DNA of 64,000 nucleotides, from the NCBI GenBank assembly GCA_012295275.1, contig CM022671.1:6634001-6698000 (forward strand). Reading direction: 5' to 3'. Numbering within the stretch: position 1 is the stretch's first letter; every line of letters begins with the position of its first letter. This DNA comes from Chrysomallon squamiferum (taxonomy: Eukaryota > Animalia > Mollusca). Under the pieces are notes generated by a model. That model was given only the letters and a program-made list of their open reading frames with translations, ran no database searches and was not told the origin of the DNA. Made by a program: the position numbers and the translations under genes. Shown in pieces: positions 1-13,800 of the stretch.

Positions 1-961
1 AGAACTTCTGACATCTGAAGCTGAAAGTAGTAAATTATATTAATAAATAAAACTACGTTTTAAAACTACTAGTGTTACTAGTATTGTTTTTTTTTTTAAT
101 GTAAAATAATTCATATATCAATAAAAACAAAAATTTTGTAAAATTTGATACCATTAAATAAGCATTTAAAAAATATATTAAAATACATAATAAAAAAACA
201 GAACCCAGTATTAAATGTAGATCTTTTTTTTTTTATGACAGTGAATGAAAAACACTGACTGTTCCCATATCTGTTTGAATATAACTTTTTGTTGTTCTTG
301 TATTTCTTATAATTAAGGATTATAATTAATAAAACAAATTTATATTTTACAATACCAGAAACTGAGGCCTTCCCAGTGCAGTTAACTTAATGGCTGCAAA
401 TCCAGATTTTTCTGTGGAATCTAAAGTACAAATGTTTATTAAATATAAATATGGTGTTTTAAATTAATTATCAAGATTTTACAGCACATTTCTTTAACAA
501 AACAATTTCAGAAGCTGAAACAACCTATCTAGAAAACTTTATAACATTTACAAATCTAACATTTTTTTTTTTTTTTTTTTTTTATATCATCCTCATCAAT
601 CAGTGGATTTTTACTAAAGTATTTTTTTTTTACATACATGTTTTAGACTAAAAATAATTTTGTATAATACATTTATGAGCTAAGATCATAATAAACTGTG
701 TCAATTAACATGTTAAAATTCTGAATATTCAATAACATTAGTATTATGCTTTTCCTATTTTAGATTTTTTCCCATAAGGATGGTGTCTACAGTGGGTGTA
801 ACATACCTGTGACAGCATCAATACAGCTAAAAATAATCTGCATATTTTTATCACACTGTGCTTCATCTTCATAAAAGTAGGTCCTTGCACTCACAACTTT
901 TTCTCGTCGATCACCAAACTCTTCATGAGCTCGGAATCGTCCAACTGGATCAGCTGAAAAA

Positions 962-996
<35 letters not shown>

Positions 997-2403
997 ATTA
1001 TTACATTTAAAAAAATATATATACCTACTTAAATAACATAATTAATAAATAATTAAAAAGTTACATTACAAAACAAAAATGTAAATGTTACTATTAGAAA
1101 AAAATATATACATTATGAGAATTAATTTACAGATATAATATTACAAAATAAACTTACAGATATATTACTTGATTTAAACATAATATTTTTAGTAAATTTC
1201 TTTTAAATTTTTATATATATATATATATATAAATGAATATCTAACCAAGATTTGGACACAAAAATTAATACACATAATACTATGATGTAGAATTTTTGAA
1301 AATTAGAATGAAATAAATACTTTTTCATTTAACCAAAAAAAAAAAATAATAATTATATTAAAAAAATATATATATTTGCTTGACAGTTACAAAATGTCTG
1401 TATTAAAAGAAAAAAGATGCACTTGTATCTAAATTGTTTCCAGTAAAAATAAAAACATTATAAATATCAGCAAGATTAATGTAGAAAATCTTATAAATAA
1501 GCCACCTAATTTAAAAACTAAATATTTATAAGCTGAAGCTTTTTAAAAAGTGTACAAAGTGACAAAAACCCAGCTTCACATTGATGAATTTTTCAGTCTG
1601 GGTTTTTTAAAAATTAAAATGTGATGTAAAGGCAATAATAATAATTATAAAATAAATTTAAAAATATATATAAAAGTTAGAATAATAGTAATAATAATAA
1701 AAATAATAATACTAAAAAATAAAAATAAAATCTAATCATATGTATTAAAAGAAAAAAATGCACCTGTATCTAAGTTGTTTCCAGTACAAAATAAAACCAT
1801 TAAAAATACCAGCAAGATTAATGTAGAAAATCTTATAAATAAGCTGCCTAATTTAAAAACTAAATATTTATAAACTGAAGCTTTTTTAAAAGTGTACAAA
1901 ATGACAAAAACCCAGCTTCACATTGCTGAATTTTTCTGTCTTTTAAAGATAGGTCTGTTAAATAGAACATTTGCTTAAATCAGATTATTAATGTTCCAAA
2001 ATTAATAATTTTTGCTTTCTTTCTATTAACATAGAGATGGGTCCTGCTTTACAGATTTTTAAAATGTCTTTCAGCAAGTAATTATATAATTTTAAACACT
2101 TCTTTACTGTTAACTGTATTTATTTTTATGAATATTTTGGATGACATATTTTACAGCTTATTTTTACTTTGTATCTGTTAGAATTAAGAATTCTTGGTGA
2201 CTTGCTACCTGGAACCAATTAAGTCATAAATTCTTCACAAGATATTGTTGGTACATGTGTACATTAAAAAAAAAACGGATTTCATATCAACAACAGAATG
2301 TAAACACTTTGTCTGTGTGGTATAATTATCTCTAAACTGGGTTTTTTTAAAAACTAAAATGTGTGCAAAGGCAATAATAATAATAATAACAAAAATAGTA
2401 AAG

Positions 2404-2437
<34 letters not shown>

Positions 2438-3557
2438 TAATAATTAAATTATCTAATGTGTGACATTTTGGATTTGGATACATAAATACCTGGCATGGTG
2501 ACCTTAGGAGATTCTGAAATCACATTCAATTGTGTATCTTGGTTTTTCATTGAATACATATTTAATATATTTAATTTCAAATAATAATAATACTAAAAAA
2601 AAATAATGATAAAATTTTTTAAAATTTCTTTTAAAATAATTTAAAAAAAATAAAAATATGTTAGTTTATTAGAATAAGTAAATAATTATGTACCACATTA
2701 ATTTTGTTAAAAATTAAATTTCCAAATACACTGTTGAACAGTAAATTTTAAAATATATTATTTAAAGAAAAATTGTAAAATTACCTGTGTATTTTAGAGT
2801 TAGTATTTAAAATTAATTATAAAAGTATTAGAATGTAAATTTTCAAAAAATATTTAAATATTTTATGAAATAATTAAAATATTTATTATTTAAAAATAAT
2901 AATAAATGGCTATTAAAAAATTCATTTTTTATGAAATTTTTATTTTACAAAGAAAGAAAACTGAATAAATATCAAAATAAACCACTGATTTATACAATTA
3001 AAAAAAATAAAATTTATAAATACATTAAAGTACAACAAAAATTAAATAAATAAATAAAATAAAAATAAAAATAATTAATAATCATAATAGTAACAAAACA
3101 AAAAATTAAATAAATAAAACTTACCTGAAACATTTACCATCTCGTTCTCTGGAACACAACTCCTGAAAAGTGTACAATTAATTAAATTAAATTTCATTAA
3201 TTAAATATAAAATCACACTGATAAAAATATTGGTATATTAATAAAAATGGCAATCAATACATTCACACAAAGACCTGCATGCAAGTATACAAGTAAATGT
3301 ACACATGTTTATAAACTTTCTGTAGTTATTAATATATTTAGATACATTTTTTGACAGACTCTTGAGTCATATCACATGGACTGGGACAAAAGTTTGTAGC
3401 ATTCAGATGAGTTCTGAGAGGATGGAATCATTCAGCTGCCTTAAAGACGAAGAAAGTTACTAGAAATAAATGGCACATATTCACATATGTGTACAAATAT
3501 CTAAATATTGTCTCTGAATTTCTCAATACCAAACACTTTTGTTCTAAATCAGTGTAA

Positions 3558-3588
<31 letters not shown>

Positions 3589-4034
3589 CCCACTTCATTT
3601 CTGCTTCTTTTGCCTCTGCTTTAGACAGGTCTTCTTCCACGCTGTAGTCAAGAATTGATTTCACTCCAAACTGTCGATTCTTGCTGATCAATGGCTTTAT
3701 GCTTTCATGGTCTTCTCCTGCAACAAAATGTCCATAGAACGTTGACTTCATGAAGAGACGAAATAGTCGTTTTCCAAAGACTATCTGTGACCATTTTAAA
3801 ATCTGAAATAGAAACAATGGATAATTAGTTATAACAGCTAATTTTTTTTTTTTTTTTTTAATTTTTTTTATTTAACACATAAATAATGGTTTGTTTGATT
3901 TATTTATTTTTTGTATTATTAAAAAAAAAAAAAAAAAAATTTACTGTGATTTTTATTCCTTATAAATTTGGAAACTTTTTTTTAACTATATAAACTTTAA
4001 AAATGGTTTAAATATTGTCATCACTGACAGAAAT

Positions 4035-4115
<81 letters not shown>

Positions 4116-4233
4116 TAAATATGTCCATGATAAACATAAAATTAACTTTAAGCACCAGTAATTTAAGAAGTTAAATCATATATAACTGAGACGTAATATT
4201 TTATTTTTATTTATTTATATGATTATTATTATT

Positions 4234-4270
<37 letters not shown>

Positions 4271-4657
4271 GCTTTAATAAGTTTAAATCTGAACAGTATA
4301 TTTAATTAAGTGGTGTTCTGTTGCACTCACCGTTGTCTGATTGTCAATCAGAAAATTCAGAGAACACAAGTTAAAAACAACCAAAGATCGAACGAGCTCG
4401 TATGTTCTTTTACTTCTGAAAGCCTCTTCACCGTTCTCAAAACTCAGATCTATTCGTGGATGGCCAAATTCGTCCAAATCTCGAGCAGACGCACTCGTGT
4501 TGTGTTTTATCGAGCTATCCGACAGACGATCTGTCTCGCCGTTTATTTTCGTAGATGCCGACGTAGACCTCAGTGTCCGATATCTTACCGTTTTTGACAA
4601 ATTAGATCGTAGGAATGGTAATTGTTTGAACGATAATGTTAGCTGTCGGAGAGCCAT
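1..4657 (-). CDS. PRODH: Proline dehydrogenase (proline oxidase, mitochondrial), 5' part; continues beyond window start
   Basis: Phase-consistent GT-AG exons 4657-4331, 3802-3594, 3162-3125, (2513-2490 optional), 953-807, 420-356, 20-1. They encode MALRQL... (Arg/Ser-rich, mitochondrial-presequence-like), [37 protein letters not shown]...[36 protein letters not shown] and [16 protein letters not shown]|LQMSEVL, all recognisable PRODH segments. An upstream in-frame ATG (4702 or 4687) is also possible. Confidence 0.95.
1399..1940. repeat. Local direct duplication (~200 bp) in a PRODH intron
   Basis: 1399-~1599 and 1741-~1940 are near-identical (tgtattaaaagaaaaa...gacaaaaacccagcttcacattg). Confidence 0.85.
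4037..4112. repeat. (GA)n microsatellite
   Basis: Pure GA run in PRODH intron 1. Confidence 0.95.
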
Positions 4658-7482
4658 GACGAAATGGGCCAAGGTCTTACCACGCATGTAAATGTCGATC
4701 ATCGATTCATTTCAATATATACTAAGGGAGATAATTTAATCAATATATGCTACGTTCCATATATATCTTTAAAAAATATTAATGCTAAAAAATAAAATAA
4801 AAAATAAAAAACTAAAAATATTTATTAGTTTCTGCTTAATTAAACAAAATGAAACAAAAATTGTTACGTGTTAATATTTTTTCTTCTATTTTTAAGGTGT
4901 AAAAAATATTTTATTTGTACAGTTGTATTAAATATAATATTAAACAACTAGTATTCAGGGCAGTCTATATTTAAATAACTTAATCCCATTTCAAAAGTGT
5001 GAAAATAATTTTGTTTAATGTTACTACTAATTAAACATAAAAGATATTTAGATGATAATTTTATACATGTAAACAAGGAGATAAAAATTAATTGCATTTA
5101 TATGAAACGTACTATACATATTAAAAGAGGTGTGTCTGGAAAGCCACAGCTGATTGGTCAAACTCTTGTTTACAGCGTAAGTACAAGTGGCACTTTAATT
5201 CAATGCGACTCAAAGCTTTTCTAAAGTTGTAAATTAGTTATTATAAAACAAATAATTGTATGATAAATTTAAATAACAAATAAAACGGGTTAACAACTTT
5301 ATTTTATTATTATTTTGTTCTGTTTACTCTGACGTGCGTAATTTGACAGGACTGTAATTATTTAATATCGGGTCATTCAACCTTTTATTAATGTTATGGT
5401 TGTTTCGCTTCATAAATCGGACATCCACGCCCAGACATATTTAGTCTTTTTATAGATCTGTGCAGACTACATTTTCTTTACTAAATAAAACCACTGTATG
5501 ACAAAAATTAAACAGTATATTTTCAAAAAGGAAGTTCTAGTGCGATGACCAACAAATTATTTTTTTAAAATAATTTTAAAATTATTTTCCAATATTTTGT
5601 TCATGTCTTATTATTTATTATCTTTAACTGTACAGAATGAAAGCAGCAGTCACATACACTTCAGTGTACAACAAAAGCAAAGTAGTCTCTCTAGTTTCTA
5701 GTTTTAATTAAAGCAGGCCAAAGTTTTCTTCTACCTCTTTTCAATGTTGTTACAGTAATTTCTGTTATCTAGTATATCTCACTTAAACTTAACCAGTCAT
5801 CCATGACAACGTAACATTCAGTGATATCTGTGATACGAGTTGTAAGACATGTCAGTAAAGTATTGGTGTCCTCACCAAACAGAGAACAATGTTTTATTGT
5901 GTCCATCTGGGTCACCTTCAATTAAAAACATTGTTTTGAAAATAATTTATCACTTTTACATCTTATCGTGTGGTTTACTGTACTTTGTGGTGATAAAAAA
6001 GTACATGAAATTTTTAAACAAATAAGAAACAAAAATAATTTACACTTAATCTGAACTCTTAATGCTCTTAATGCCTGATAAATAATCCTTCAAACTGAAA
6101 TTTATCTTTAAAATAACAAAACACATCTTGTTCCATCAACTTTTCTTATCAGCACATCTGTTTTGATAACAGAAGTCAAATCTGTTTTTCTTCAAGTATA
6201 CAATTTTTTTATTCAGCTACCAAAGTATTTTTTCTCTTCTTATCTACTGAACATAAATGTGTTTGTACTGAATATCCTTGTAAATGTAGAAACCTAGAAA
6301 AAGTTTAATGCCACTATTACTACTAAATAAATAAATAAGAATACTATTTTTAGTTATAGATTTAATAATTTAGAAAAAAAAAAAATGAAAACATAAAAGT
6401 TTCAAGTCAAGGCTATAGAAAGTGTAAATATTTATTTCGAAGTGTCAGTGTGTATGTGAATGGTTGTAACTGAGGTGTCGGAGGACACAGGATCTAACTT
6501 CATCAGTGCATGTTTTTAGCTGTTTCCTCAGAGCTACTGTGCATCAACAGCAGGACAATGTATTTTACTGTTTGTGGAAGGAAAACATAAAGTATCACTT
6601 GTTGTAAACCGACAAGGTTGAGGAGCAATGGTGAATTCATCTCATCTATTGCAGAAAGCTACACTCAGTATGTACTAATCTTGTTGTTTGTAAATTTTGC
6701 TGTAAATGAATTGCCAGTTATCAATCATTATCTTATTAATGTCAATAAGGCATTAAAGAGATTCCAGATTTTTATGGAACTGCTAGCTCTAAAAAAAAGA
6801 CTTAAAAAAAACAACCACATTTTGTTCTCTTAAAAAAAAAAAAAATAAAAAAATATTCAAAAATTTAAAGAAAACCCCATCTAAAGTCTTATTTTATGAA
6901 TGTCAGAAAGGCATTAAAGAGATTCAGATTTTTATGGAATTGCTAACTCTAAAAAAAAAGACTTGAAAAACAACCATTTTGTTCTCTTGAAAAAGAAAAG
7001 AAAACCCTGTCTAAAGTGCTATGCCAATATTTTGAATAAACTAGGCTGTTAACATTACTTCATGGTTGACATGCAGTCTTTAGACATAACAATTTCTCTC
7101 AACAGTTGTACATATCTGAAGCAGCCTGTATGAATGCAGAATACATCATTGCTAAATACATAAATGAAAAGCACGTAATGACTTGTTTCACTGGTCCCAA
7201 AACAACACCGGAGTTTCTGACCAGCTTTAAAAGGGTTAAAAAGAAAGAATTATTAACATTTAGACAGACAGAAAAAAAAAACTACACCAAAAGAATGTAT
7301 AAAATTTTATGTTTCCAACTGAAACTGAAGACAGATGAAATAATTTTCTATTAATTAACTGATTACTTCAATTTTTCCTCCAGTAAAAATGAAATTTCTT
7401 CGCATATGAAGATGACAGTTGAATGTTTCCAACGATGAACAAGAAATGATCCTAGTAAGGTGTGATGTGTGAGAAACTACTG

Positions 7483-9579
7483 CTACCTCTGTGTAAAAAT
7501 TCCAAGATCTGGAACATATTTGTATGGCTTCTTCCTGTTTGGACCCCTGCAGACAAAAAGAAAATAATAACACTCACTACAGATCAATTTTATGTTGTTT
7601 CAGATAATTAGTTTGCAAATATTAAGTTAGTAACCAAAGTATGTATAATAAACATGTATTTATGTATTCTGAACTATCAGTAAAATGAAAAAAAATAATT
7701 GCTTTATCACTGATAATAAAAATACACTGATACAAAGTAAGAGACAAAATAAAACAAACTGAAATTTGATAATACTCTGATATTAAGCTGTGACAATAAT
7801 TTTAATATAAAATTAAGTGTGGTCAAGGATTTCAGAAAGGTAGTTTTTATCATTTTGATAATGTTCAAAACTGAAATGAATTTAATCTATAAAAAAAATT
7901 AAATAATTGAATTACTGACAAAAAACAAAGATAAATAACAGTTTGTGCTAATGAATAGTTAAAAAAAAAATTCTTAGTGCTGTTAGTTGTTTGCTGAGAA
8001 AAAACCCCACTTATAGTAATAAATGGCCAACATATATTTTTTAATTATTTTGTTTAAATTTGTAGTATAAATATAAGCAGTTTCATAAAAAAAAAACAGA
8101 TGAATTTCTTTTTAAATATTTATAGTTTTCTTCTTTTTCCTTTATACAGAAATAATCAAAGCAGAGAAGAAAACCTCAGCATAAAACTGTCACACTTGTA
8201 ATAATAAAAATAAATACCTGTACAAATGATGATAATAACAAAAACAATGGACTTACCTAGATGTTCTGGGAAAAACCTTTTCTTTGGGAATCTCCAGTGG
8301 AGAAGACATGTCATGTGACTCGGTCTCCAGGTAAACATCGAAACACATTAGTAGTCGCTGAATCTGATTGGACAGCAACTGACCATGTGACTTGCTCTGT
8401 ACTAGCTCCTCATAATACACATTTACCTCTTCCTCCAGTTCCTAAGTAAATAAAAATGTATTTAACACAGTTGTTTTATTAATGATAGTACTGTGTGTTT
8501 AACATGTAGTATAATGATGATGAAAGAAGAAATGCACTGACTACTCTACCTGCTGCTATTTTTCAATCACATTTTATCACATTTTACAACTGTATTGTAT
8601 TGAATGACAGTTTTCTGGATTTTTACTTCATACTGCTGTGTTTTATATCTGAATGTGCTGTAATTTTATAACACTGTACTGTAATTCACTGCACTGTTTT
8701 GTATAAACTGTATGCACTACATTCTACTAAACTGAAATGAAATACTTTCCACTATTTTGTGTTTTATCTCTGAATGTACTGTAATTTTAGAACACACTAT
8801 ACTGTTTTGTTATATACTGTATGTACTATATGCTAAACTGAAATTAAATACTTTCCACTATTCTCTGTGTTTTATCACCCCAGCAGTAGCGTACAGCTTT
8901 AATTAAAACAGTCTGTCAGAAATCTTGCTCAGCTTGGCTGAGTCAAAATAACACAGACAAGTAACAATAAAACATTCAACCCGTGATCTACACATGTACA
9001 CAAACAGCTACACACCTGAACGTGGATGTCATTCTTTGCTGTTCTCTCTGATTTCCACCAGATAGTTACAACAAAGAGAGGAGGCTGAGCAGGGTAGTCT
9101 GGGGTAACCACTACCTGCGCTATCAGACGAGCTGAAAACAAATCAACAACAAATTATAACACAATCTCAGGAAAGGTAAAATGCTTTAATTGTCAAACAC
9201 TTTGTGGAAAGATGTAGCTTTGATGGTACAAACAAATTATCTAGTTAGATTTTGTTAAAGTTCTTGTTTCATCTGATCCATGAAACGAATGACTGATACT
9301 GATAAAGACCGACAATAAAGTAATATTTTGATGAAGCATGGATGTAAATAAAAATATAGAACAAAACCTCAATGAGTAAATACACTGCAAAGATGCAATA
9401 TCCTTAGTCTACTGTGAACTTTTATAATATGTTGGTTTTTTTTTTAATGACATCACAATAAAAGGATAAACTGCTAACTTCAGTTCATTTTCAAAATTTT
9501 TAATTTGTAAAACATTATTATTGGTAAAGATTTATTCCATGTTCAAGTATTGTAATAAACACAATAACTACAACACACA

Positions 9580-9635
<56 letters not shown>

Positions 9636-10849
9636 GACAGGACATGTTATTTTTTCCTATCACCAACATTCAATGTTAATGCAGATAGTTATTACCAGCA
9701 GCAGTATTAAAAAGTTCAGTTAAGTGAGTAACAATTTTCAGGTCAAAATTTCTATTTTTAGTTTTCATTGCCATTTAGACATTTTTCTTTCATTATAAAT
9801 TTTGAAAATCCAATTGACACACAACTAAAATTTTCATTATTGTGGCCAAAATAAAACATGACATTAGACTGACCTGAGCCTCTCTCCATGACGACAGTGA
9901 AAAACATGTCTGTCTCCTTGACCAGTCCATTCTCCATAATTCCTGCAGCGTGGGTCAGACACGCAAAGTCCTCGTAAGTTGTTCTTTTCCATGATGTCAC
10001 CTGAGCAAAGATTTTGCAGGAAACATTTTGATGCAGTCAGTACTAACAGGAATGATGGATTTCTCTGTGAACAAGATTTCAAAAATATTAGTCACTTTCA
10101 CTTTTTTACTGTTTGAAATAAAAAAAGTTTCCTTGTTGAAGAGGAATGATATAGCATGATCAACTCACTTTTCACCTGTTGTTTTGTAACACATAGAGTA
10201 AAAAATAACACCTATGTTAGTGACAAAACCAAGCAATATCACCCAATATGATAATTATTTTTAATCAGCAGGAAGACATCTTTTGTTAATACCTGCCCAC
10301 AGATAAGAGAACAGACAATGTTTTTTGATAAACAAAACTTTTGAACTCCATTGAATTCTCTGAAGTGAATTGATCCTGCAAACCATCATACACCAATCTC
10401 TGTTATAACAATGACCCTTGTCAACAACAAAATAATAACAACAATAGCAGCAGCATTAAAATCTGGTCTTATCTTAAAAATGTTTAAAATTCTCAGGCTA
10501 GAAAACTTTCACTATCACCAATGTGGATGTTTTTGAACATTTTGTGTGTTGTACAATATTTCATTACAATACTAAATTAAAACTCACCAAGTGATGCTAG
10601 TTGTTTGAGAAGAGACAGTCTTGCTCGAATTCGACGTCTAAGTTGTTTTATTGTCTCCTGCATGTGACTAGCAGACACAGAACTTTTCGCTCTGTCCGAC
10701 TGTCCGTCACTGAGAAACTGCAGCCCACCCAGCCACTGCGCCCACATGTATGGACGTCCAACATGGCTGATGTAGTGTGTAAACTCCTCCATTCTAAACA
10801 AACCAGAAAAATAAACAATTTAATAGAATAAAACTTGAAAAAAAATCCT

Positions 10850-10883
<34 letters not shown>

Positions 10884-13800
10884 AAAAAAAAATAAAATAA
10901 AATGATAATATATTTAAAAAAAAAAAAAAAAAATGAAAAATTATAAACAAAAGAAAGATATAAAAAGAAAGAAACAAAAACCAAACAAAAAATGAAAAAT
11001 TTAAGAAAATAAATAATTAAAAGAAAGTTATTTCAAGCCTGGTTTAGCCATGTTTCAGTTTCTACATAAAGGGATTTTTAAATATAAAAATGTTTCTACT
11101 ATAAATGACAAGTATTAATGAGAATTAAAAAAATTAAAAACCTATAATTAAATAAATTATAAAATAATTTCATGTGAATAAAGAAAACAGAAAATGAAAG
11201 AAATGAACAATTAAAACTCACCCTAATCTTTTCAGTTCAAAATGGTTGGCCTGGTTTGGAGATGTGTTTCCATAGTCACCAGGATACAGTTCATTCAGAA
11301 TAGATTCTGCTGCCAGCAAGTCACTGAAAAAAAAAGAAAAAAAAAAAGAAAAAGATAAATAAGAAAATGGTCACAACTAGTTATCTGTGGTCTTATTAGT
11401 TTTGTCAAACTTTTGAACTGATAATTAGAAATGAATATCAATTTTCTGATGTATGTACCATTATTAGAACTGCATCTTAGAACCACATAAAATAAAAAAA
11501 AATTAAAAATAAAAATTTAAAAAAACAAAAAAAACAAAAAATTAGACATATAAATAAATAAATAAATTAATTAATTTAATGAAAAAAATAAAAGTGAAGA
11601 GGACAAACCCGCCAGAAATGGATGATGTAATGGCATCAGCACTGGGGATCACTTTGATGCTGACTGTGATGATGTGTAACAACACAAGGTAGTTGAACGT
11701 CAGTTTCAGACAGCTGCCGTCTGTTTGAACATAAAATAATTAAAATAATTTTAGAACTGGAAATTTGGTCAATGTACTTCACAATAAAAGTAATAATACT
11801 AATATTAATAAAGACATCATGTTGTTTATAAACAATAATAACATATTATAACAACTGCTAGAATAATTCCAGTAGTGTTAAAAATTAAAGTAATATCACT
11901 ATGTTTTATAAATACAATTTACATGACACTGCTGCAACTATTAGAAACACACGAAGAAGAGAAAATTACAATACTGTGTTTTAAATATTTAACACAGATT
12001 TAATTTATAACTGGTTGGTACAGACAGCAAATAAACAAAATAACTCTCGAGTTAATTCAGATGAAAAGGTAACAGTTTCAAGTCAGTATATATAATACAA
12101 CTGAAAATAAAAGTGACTAACACACAAAGCTGTAAAAAATACAATTACATATGTGTGTTCTAAAACATTTATTAAATACAAAAATAACACTGATGATTAT
12201 AATGATGATAACATTCTATTCCTGACTGTTTATTATTCATAAAAAACATCTCACCTTTACAAGTAATGTCTAAAATTACTGAGAGAGGATGTTTTCTCAG
12301 GACTCTTTCCTTCTTGTCTATCTGGCGTGCCTCTACTGTTTTCCTTCGTCTCTTCTGAATAAAAATAACAACAACATCAGTAACAACAACAACAACAACA
12401 ACAACAACAATAATATTGTGAAATTTTAAGATTTTCATTTTCAAATATTTTTCATTTCTAACACATTGTTAATTTTTTTTATTTTCAGAAGATGATTTTT
12501 AATTCATGTACACTGTGATTCCTGTCAGTGACTGTTTACAATACAGCAAATGTAAAACAGTAACAAAAATAAATAAATATATATATATATATAATAATAA
12601 TAATAAAAATTAATTAACTCAAAATTTTTAAATTCCATTAACTCAAATACTTCTAAGAAACTATAAAGTCCATAAATATTACAAGCCATGTTGGTAATAA
12701 TATGAGTTAGTTAACAGCTGTTGCAAAATATTTTACATTTTGAGCTGAATGTTTTGTTATCCTACTGATTAATACTGTTATTATATCTCAAACTATTTTT
12801 TTTTTTTTTTTTTTATTTAATTTAATTAGCTAAGCTGTCATTCCACAATGGAAATTTCTTATTAAATGGCAGCAAAGAATCTTTTATAAACATTCTTGAT
12901 AAGCAAGTCATGGAGCACAAGTTGGAATGGAAATTAATGTCAAGAACTGAACTGCTGTGATATTTTTTATTTACTTACAGACTTCTTAGACTCCTGTTCC
13001 TCTTCACTGTCACTCTCCTCATCTGAATAAAACATTTTTATTAATCATCTGTTTGCAACACAGTAACTTAATTCATGATAGATACGTGCAGGAAGACTTA
13101 GAGACTGATATAGCTTCACAGTGAGATTAAAAACCACACAGAAACACAGACACATAGTGAGAGAAACAGACATACTGAAATTGAGTGAGGTGTATTTAGA
13201 AAGTGAGTGGGTTTAGGTGTGTTTGTTTGTGTGTATGTGAGGGTAATATTTGTGTATATCTTTTTATTACCAGAACTGACACATAAAAATTTAGAATGAA
13301 ATAGACATTTTGAAAGTAAACCAAAAATAAGTAGTTGTTTATAAAATATTTAAAGTCTAAGCTGAGACTGTTAAATTTTCTCACCCATTTCTGCTGTAGC
13401 TGATGAGTTTGAAGATTTGGCAGCATCCACATCTCCTTCTATAGTGACCTTCAGATGTTTATCTGAAAAAGTAATTAATTAAAATTATATCTGTAACAGT
13501 AATTAAATTAAATAAATATCTATAACAATAATTAATTAAAATAAATATTTGTAAAAGTAATTAAAATAAATATCTGTAACATATGGATTAATAAAAACAG
13601 GATCTGCAATAACTAAAAATAGTTATTCAATGTAATAATTACTTAAATAAAATACATGTGTTAAAAATTAATTAAAATCAGATTCTATAAGATTATGATT
13701 ACACACATGCATGAAGTAAACAGACATTCATAGTTTTAACATAAAATATATGCAAAATATTTACATTATTATCTCTAAAATCTATTAAAACTGACAAAGA

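Noticed and set aside
4310-4691. Plus-strand ORFs of 95 and 116 aa
   Set aside because: They are antisense shadows of PRODH exon 1 with no recognisable motifs.
11605-11613. Possible GC-AG donor in THOC5 exon 12
   Set aside because: A canonical GT donor (GGC GG|gtttgt) gives the required phase 2.
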